This document shows positions 55,844-64,000 of a stretch of 64,000 nt of DNA, in pieces. A program made the translations under genes and the position numbers. The notes under the pieces are model-generated. The model was given only the letters and a program-made list of their open reading frames with translations, did not search any database and was not told where the DNA came from. The number at the start of each line of letters is the position of its first letter. Within the stretch, counting starts at the first letter, position 1. The DNA is taken from contig OZ024743.1 of NCBI GenBank assembly GCA_964016885.1, positions 3,968,001-4,032,000 on the forward strand, read 5' to 3'. The stretch comes from Eledone cirrhosa (Eukaryota).

Positions 55844-56541
55844 TATACTATACGAACATGCTAGACAACAACATGACGGTAACATAGACAACATAGAAAT
55901 TAGAATAATATCTAAACATAAAAATGACCCAGCAGGTAGGCAAATCACAGAGGCCAGTGAAATAGAAATTAGAAGGCCAAGACTAAACAGAAAGAATGAG
56001 TGGAACAACAACAACACCCAAACAAACAACACTGACCTAAGAGAAGTATAAATAAGTAAATAAAATAAAATAAATAAATAAATAAATAAATAAATACATA
56101 CACAAACACAATAACAACAAGCACATAAACACACACTAGTCACCCATCACACAGCAAACAAAACACTATACACACACGCAAACGCATGCGCAAAGAAGAC
56201 AAAATAAAATAAACAAACAAACAAATAAATAAATAAATATATAGACAGACTGAATAAAAATGGCGTAGACATATAATACAACAGGAGGAAACGATAACAC
56301 CACTGACGATGTTGCAGATGTGCAACGAAAGATTTATGATAAACTATATATATGTGTTTGTGTCTATATTGTATCTGTATTATTTTTGACCGTCGGTCAG
56401 TCAATGGCAACATTGAGGACCGAGTAAGTTAGATTACCGATATAAAAGACATAGAAGCGAGAAGCGAAAACCAACCAAACAGTGAGTGTGTTCTGTTATT
56501 AATTCTGGCAATATTACACAAATATGACCCTCCCCAAGTAT

Positions 56542-56546
<5 letters not shown>
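55840..56546 (+). mobile_element. 5'-truncated Penelope-like element (GIY-YIG C-terminus plus pLTR with HHR)
   Basis: Frame not in the ORF track: SILYEHARQQHDGNIDNIEIRIISKHKNDPAGRQITEASEIEIRRPRLNRKNEW, stop at about 56050; ends in (TA)n. Confidence 0.72.
56298..56341 (+). ncRNA. Minimal hammerhead motif with an extra U after A9; helix I decayed
   Basis: cacca CUGACGA u gttgca-gatg-tgcaac GAAA gatt UA tgata. Confidence 0.6.
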
Positions 56547-56579
<33 letters not shown>

Positions 56580-56708
56580 GTGAGGTTTTTTTTACAAAAT
56601 GAAAAATAACCGAGGTGTCCTACACGAGTGGAAGTATAAAGAAAAAGGGATGAAATCGAAAATGCAACTGAAGTCTTATTTTTTTAAAAAATATATATTT
56701 ATTTGGTT

Positions 56709-56746
56709 CCTTTACCGGTTTCGCAGTTCTTCTGCTTTTCAAAAGG
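56709..56746 (-). ncRNA. Minimal hammerhead with U3-A8 core (left arm)
   Basis: Minus strand: cctt UUGAAAA gcag-aagaa-ctgc GAAA ccgg UA^ aagg. Confidence 0.72.
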
Positions 56747-57555
56747 TGAGTTGAGATGGAGGGTCTGTGGTTTTTCTCACATCTGGTTGGTCTCTAAATG
56801 TTACTTGTTTTATATGGAAAAACTGGCTCGAAAACCAGGTTTTTCGAGAAGTAATTTGATTGGTTTGTCAATAATTATAATAAATTTCGCGCCAGTTCGC
56901 GTTACAATAGTTCTTCAAATAAGAGAGAGGGGGGGGGGGGTGTCACAGGTTGTTTTTTCATATATGAGTGTTTGAATTTCTTTTTACTTGAAAAAATGAG
57001 GCTCACGAAGGCTTTTTTTTTTTTTTTTTTTTTTTTTTGGTTGGTTATAAATGAAATTTGGCTGTCACGTGAACAAGTTTTCATTACATTTTTGCGCCCT
57101 TATTTGGAAAACTATTCTGTAGTCTTTATAGTGAATGTTATGACAATGGAGAGATAGTGGTCAAGGGAAAAGGGATTCACTATAAAGACTACAGAATAGT
57201 TTTCCAAATAAGGGCGCAAAAATGTAATGAAAACTTGTTCACGTGACAGCCAAATTTCATTTATAACCAACCAAAAAAAAAAAAAAAAAAAAGAAAGCCT
57301 TCGTGAGCCTCATTTTTTCAAGTAAAAAGAAATTCAAACACTCATATATGAAAAAACAACCTGTGACACCCCCCCTCTCTTATTTGAAGAACTATTGTAA
57401 CGCGAACTGGCGCGAAATTTATTATAATTATTGACAAACCAATCAAATTACTTCTCGAAAAACCTGGTTTTCGAGCCAGTTTTTCCATATAAAACAAGTA
57501 ACATTTAGAGACCAACCAGATGTGAGAAAAACCACAGACCCTCCATCTCAACTCA

Positions 57556-57593
57556 CCTTTTGAAAAGCAGAAGAACTGCGAAACCGGTAAAGG
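57556..57593 (+). ncRNA. Minimal hammerhead with U3-A8 core (right arm)
   Basis: cctt UUGAAAA gcag-aagaa-ctgc GAAA ccgg UA^ aagg. Confidence 0.72.
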
Positions 57594-57739
57594 AACCAAA
57601 TAAATATATATATTTAAAAAAAAAATAAGACTTCAGTTGCATTTTCGATTTCATCCCTTTTTCTTTATATATATATATATATATATATTCCATTCCTTTT
57701 GCATCCTTAGAGAATCGAGTGATGAGAAATCTCCATCTG

Positions 57740-57990
57740 CAGGCCTCAAACAGGTTTTGACGCATGCGCCTTGCTTCTACGCTCTATTTCAAGCTTATTT
57801 TCGAGGTAGGCTATCACTGATCTCTTTGTAGGCATGCCTAGCACATGACCAAGCATCTTATACTGTCGTATTGGGATGATATCACATAGATTACTTAGCC
57901 GGGACCTTTGTACGACCTCCTCATTTGTGATATTGTCACGCCAAGAAATCCTAAGTATGGTCTTAAGGCGAAGGCTATGGGAGTCACCTG
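57740..57990 (-). mobile_element. RTE-type LINE C-terminal fragment
   Basis: Minus frame RLKTILRISWRDNITNEEVVQRSRLSNLCDII..RQYKMLGHVLGM. Confidence 0.75.
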
Positions 57991-58454
57991 CTATTCTGTT
58001 AACTTTACCATTCGTGTATACAGGGGACGCATTGTGCCTTGGATAATGAAGGAGTTGGACCTTAAAGGTGGCAGGTGATGAAAGATAGCTGCATCATTGC
58101 TAGTCTCTTTTCCACATTAGTTCATGAGTTGCGATCTTTAGTGGGGATACTGCACAGGTATGCAAAATTGTGAACCGTTTCCTGAGTCTACCACTCTAAC
58201 TGGACTTTTTGCTGTTGCACTTCCCCAACAATCACTGGATAGAAGGACGTTGGCCCGCAGAAGTGATAGGAAGAAAGGAGCAAAAGAAGAAAATAGGCGA
58301 GATTAGATCACACGCCTGTCAGCCAACACACTTCTAGCCGATTATTTCTGCCCTTTTAATTAAATTTTACCCGACGATGTCACTGACGGCATTTTGCTGT
58401 TTTAACAGCTTTCTTGTGGTGAGCTCTTCTAATTATTTTATTAATTATATAATT

Positions 58455-59606
<1,152 letters not shown>

Positions 59607-59647
59607 ATAATATTAATAAATGGAATCTATCTTTATAAAACCATATT

Positions 59648-59705
59648 TATTTTATTATATATATTTCAAGGGTACCAAAATGTTGGTACGCTCTCATCAG
59701 ATAAA
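59648..59705 (-). ncRNA. Minimal type I hammerhead (inverted copy)
   Basis: Minus strand: tttat CUGAUGA gagcgtaccaa-catt-ttggtaccctt GAAA tatata UA^ ataaa. Confidence 0.78.
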
Positions 59706-59772
59706 TCTATTCAAATAAAACTCAACATTAAGTTCTTGTTTGAATATGTCACTATCTGTAAATCAACTTTTG

Positions 59773-59833
59773 TATTTTATCTGATGAGAGCGTACCAAAA
59801 TGTTGGTACCCTTGAAATATATATAATAAAATA
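59773..59833 (+). ncRNA. Intact minimal type I hammerhead ribozyme
   Basis: tattttat CUGAUGA gagcgtaccaa-aatg-ttggtaccctt GAAA tatata UA^ ataaaata; 8-bp helix I, predicted cleavage after 59825. Confidence 0.85.
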
Positions 59834-60022
59834 AATATGGTTTTATAAAGATAGCTTCCATTTATGCTCCAGAAGAATCTGTTGAGTGCTTCTAATCTGT
59901 TATAAATTAAATTTGTTGTATTATCAACAAATTAAATAGCTCATTGCTTATATATATATATATATATATAAATTTACATATATATATACATTTACATACA
60001 TACATTCATATATATATGTTTT

Positions 60023-60106
<84 letters not shown>

Positions 60107-61562
60107 TGTGCGTGAAGATGTGTTTCAGAAATGCTTCACTATTAGAATTTCAATAAATATCTATATACATATTAAATCTACGTAAGAGGAGAACAGAGAT
60201 GTCTATAAATACACACACACGTGCTTCAGTATCGTTTCCATGATATCCCCCAACAATTAAAGGATTGCTGGTGGGTAGATACAGTGTTTTCGATAAAGTT
60301 AGAGTATACAAAGAAAAAATACGAAGCTATCCATCATCTGGCAATTAAAGTGATAACATACGCAGGTGTTGCGCCTGATAGTATAGGGTTTAAAATGTTC
60401 GACTGTCAAATTTAAATCATGTCTACCCTTCTTTTACGTGCATCTTGCAATGAAAAACATGTGTTTCCTCTTTGTTTTTGTTAACTAAGTGTGAACATTT
60501 AATCTTTTCTCTGAGACTGATAGCATGTTTGCTGTTAAGAATAACCTTCTTTGAAATAAATTTCCTGTTATAAGTCCTTAACAGATCAGAGAATCTGATT
60601 GTTAGAAGCGTCTCTCCTCATTTATGGTTGGAAATCTAAAATTGTTTTATAACAATACGCGTAATATGGAATTAAATAATTCATTTCACTAAAGGAAGGT
60701 AGGTTCGTTCAATAGTACACCTTATACATATAGCAAGAGACGTAAATTATGAAAACAAATCTAATCTCATAAGTAAGGAAAATAGCCGAAACATAGATAT
60801 ATAGATTTTGAAAAGAAATATTTATTTTTTAATTGGCATAATTCATTATGAGTTAAAATATACTTTACGTGTTACAACATTGGATATATTTAGAGAGAAA
60901 ATACAGTGTTACTTTAGTAGACATCCATAAATTTAAAATGTTTATTTTTAGTTTCTCTATTTCATGTTATGGTAAATTATAAGTCGTAAAGATTATATTT
61001 GAAACGACCGAGATATCACATTTCGATTTTGTCAGATAATTATAAAGATGTTAGTAAATCCTTCTTTACATTAAATGCTAATAGTCATGATTTTCTAATA
61101 TTGTTTATTACCCTTTACATATTGAAGAAGAGAAAAACATTTTTCTACTTTGAATTTAGGATAGCTAAAAATAAAATATGACTAAGGCTACAGAACTTGC
61201 AAGAGTTGTTTAATACGTCAGATCAACTTTTCAATTAAATTAAAATACAGATTCATGCTAAATCCAGTGAGGTTTTTTCTTAACATTACATATATGAGTA
61301 TTTAATTAGATGGTATATCATGTATATCACAGTGAGTGGGAAGTAGATAAAGTTATGTTTTGATGTGAGAGTCATATGCAATACAACCAATCAAGCCATA
61401 CATTATACCACCTCTTCCAATTCCGTCTAATAAGATATTAATATTACAATGTGAAATAATGTGGGGAAAAGATTATGTATTATGATCCTTTCTCTGTAAA
61501 TAATATGTGCGATACGCCAGACTAAAAAAATGTTTTGTTTATATATATATATATATATATAA

Positions 61563-61646
<84 letters not shown>

Positions 61647-63439
61647 CATTGTGTGTGTGTGTGTGTATGTGCATGTGTGCGCTAGTGAGACTTTGTATTT
61701 TGAGTTGTGTACGTGTATTTATCCCTGTGTGGGCGTTTGCATGTCTTGTTTCCATTATATATTTATTTCATCGTAATCATAGAACTAAAATGGCGACTTC
61801 ATTAGTTTCTTCTGTATCAAGAAAGGTGCCTAAGCTAAAACTCTCGAAATATATGAGTAATTTCGCTGCTGACAAGATCTTACTTTAAGATATTTTGAAG
61901 ATATTTATGATACATCTATATTTAATAGATACTTAAATCTCTTTCACGTAGCATTTGCACTTTTGGTGAATATGACACATCGTATAACTATGTAAACAAA
62001 ACAAGAATATCAGCTCGATCATTCATCGCAAAACATGTAAGAATTAATTAATGAACATTGTGAGTGCCAATGAAATATAGCTTAATCTTGCTATGACACC
62101 GTCATATAATATTGCCACACTATATGGCAGTTACATTTGGAATACAGATTAATATAATGCATGAACATTGGTGTGTTGAGTGGTAATAAATTATAAGACA
62201 GTAATTTTATATAAGAGAGAAAGTTGCATGCTTGCATTGTGATGGAAAGTAGTATTAATATATTGCCAAATTAAAAGCGAGATATCATCTTATAATAATA
62301 CTGCGGTATACTACCAAATTGTAATATGAATTTAAATAATATCGTCATAAAATATGATATAAAAATCGATTCAGTAAGAGGATACACACGTTTCTTGAAA
62401 CGTCGCATTTTCATAGTTATTTAAAACTGCAATATATTAATGAAACATATTTCTCATAATTTCGAACATATATTGTAAAGTAAGAAAACAGTAAATGTAT
62501 AAATGCATTCGTGCGTTTTATATCGAATGATAATAATGTTTGATTCGTTTGCAACCAAACAGCCTGTAACGCTATGTTTTTTAGATGAACATCGCCATCC
62601 CTTTGTTCTAGCGGTGACAGAGAGAAACACAATCGACAATAATATTATTTCTGGGTTATTGCCCTTTGTCAATATTGTGTATCTCTCTTCTGTCACACAC
62701 TAGAACACTTGAGACTATATAGAATATATATTATATTCTCTAAAGTATACAAAATAAATGAAGGGACTTTTCACCTTGCTTGGCTTCTAAAATTCAGTCT
62801 CATCAGCTTTATAAATAACACGACTCTGATTAAAATCTTTTGTCTTTTTTGAACGGCACCACCTTGTACAAAAACATTCTTGTAGTCAAATAGGAACACC
62901 TGACGCACTGCAGGCTACATCACATTGGTATATGGGGGCATCTTGTAGATCAAAACCCAGATGAGATGGAGCAAAACTGGCTTCATACTAAGAAAGAGCA
63001 CCCTAAAATTAACTAAAATCATCCCCTTATTATCTTCTACTAAAGAAACGTTTCTTCATTTCATAATTAAGTGTAGATTTACCCCTAAATTTCAATTTAA
63101 CTGTTGGAATTGACGGGTATTATCCAATCTATGAAATTTTCTATCGCTAGAAAACATGAATTCATTTTCCACTACGAAGTTGAATGTGCATACCACAAGT
63201 TTGTGGTCCACGTACTCAACTATCCTTGGTGATTAACCTAATGAGCAATGTTTCTGTATAGTCTACGTACAATACCTTGCAGGATATCCAAGTCCAACTT
63301 CGTGTATTTTGGAAATTTAGATGTTGCCTGCCATCTAATTAGCGACACCTAAACAAATTATCGAGCCTTTTATATATCTTACCTTTTTTTGACTCCCCTC
63401 AGTCAACTTTTCCGTACGTCTACGATGCTGTTCTAGTCG

Positions 63440-63720
63440 CATAATAACACTAATATGCAAACCTTTTCTTGTCAGGTCTCTACATATCAGTGCCGTGGCA
63501 GAAATGGCTACCAGTGATATTTAGAGACTTCACTGATCTCTTTTTGGGCCACCCTCTTCCTCTAGAGGTTTAGTAAAGTCATGCTTTCATCTGGGTCTAT
63601 GCCTTTCTGGATCATGACTGTCCTGCCACACAATCTGGATCGAAGGAAAGAGTTTAAATCTCGTTGATATTTCAAAGCGTGAACGAGTGCTTATCAGATA
63701 TTCTGGTGTTGCTGAAGGCT
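63440..63720 (-). mobile_element. Possible highly decayed RTE-type LINE 3' region
   Basis: Minus frame SRGRGWPKKRSVKSL resembles RPRGRPKKRW; weak. Confidence 0.3.
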
Positions 63721-64000
63721 ATTACATCTAGATTTAGTAAATTTAGATAGATGAGCAGGTGTTTCTGATTTAACTCTGATTTCAGAACACTTGTGTTTAT
63801 GTATCGTATGTGTAACTCCGATTCTAAGAAATGAAATGGTAGGAAAAGTCAGCTATCTGGTTGTAAGTATTGGCAAATCGAATGACTAAAAGTTTCCTGA
63901 ACCATCTGTGATTAGAAATATTTTATCAAAACTTTCATACGTCACCAGGAAAATGTTCAGCAGCCGGAGTAAATTACTGGTGCTGTTTGTTTCAGCGATA

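Larger units (their letters stand above)
56572..57669. mobile_element. ~1-kb near-perfect palindrome of a Penelope-type pLTR, in (TA)n
   Basis: Arms 56635..57136 and 57175..57669 with a 38-nt spacer; differences appear mainly in homopolymer or dinucleotide run lengths. Confidence 0.9.
59616..59949 (+). mobile_element. Penelope-type fold-back in (TA)n with two divergent hammerheads
   Basis: 90-bp arms 59616..59705 and 59776..59865 with a 70-nt spacer; tail runs to 59949, then (TA)n. Confidence 0.8.

Noticed and set aside
62583-62703. Candidate last globin exon (HPFVLAVTE)
   Set aside because: The phase-0 reading from the nearby AG stops after 8 codons and no H-helix similarity follows; IIEPF at 63358 has no in-frame acceptor

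Overview
AT-rich, microsatellite-dense animal DNA; the SINE families and repeat landscape suggest an octopus (inference). The only host coding sequence I can support is one internal globin exon (52151..52382, +, classic B12.2/G7.0 boundaries, CD1 Phe, E7 His and F8 His present); its neighbouring exons were not found. The rest is transposon debris: Gypsy, L1/Tx1, RTE, CRE-like, Tc1/mariner, Helitron, Chapaev3-like, nested hAT, Penelope and tRNA-SINEs. The strongest hidden signal is non-coding. About a dozen minimal type I hammerhead ribozyme (HHR) motifs from several unrelated Penelope-type families sit in short (TA)n-inserted, often fold-back elements. They include a retrozyme-like 433-bp tandem array with one HHR per unit (37272..38746) and a ~1-kb palindrome with two HHRs carrying a compensatory U3-A8 core. 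Most ORFs in the track are microsatellite artefacts. All coordinates and pairings were read by eye, and boundaries of decayed elements are approximate.
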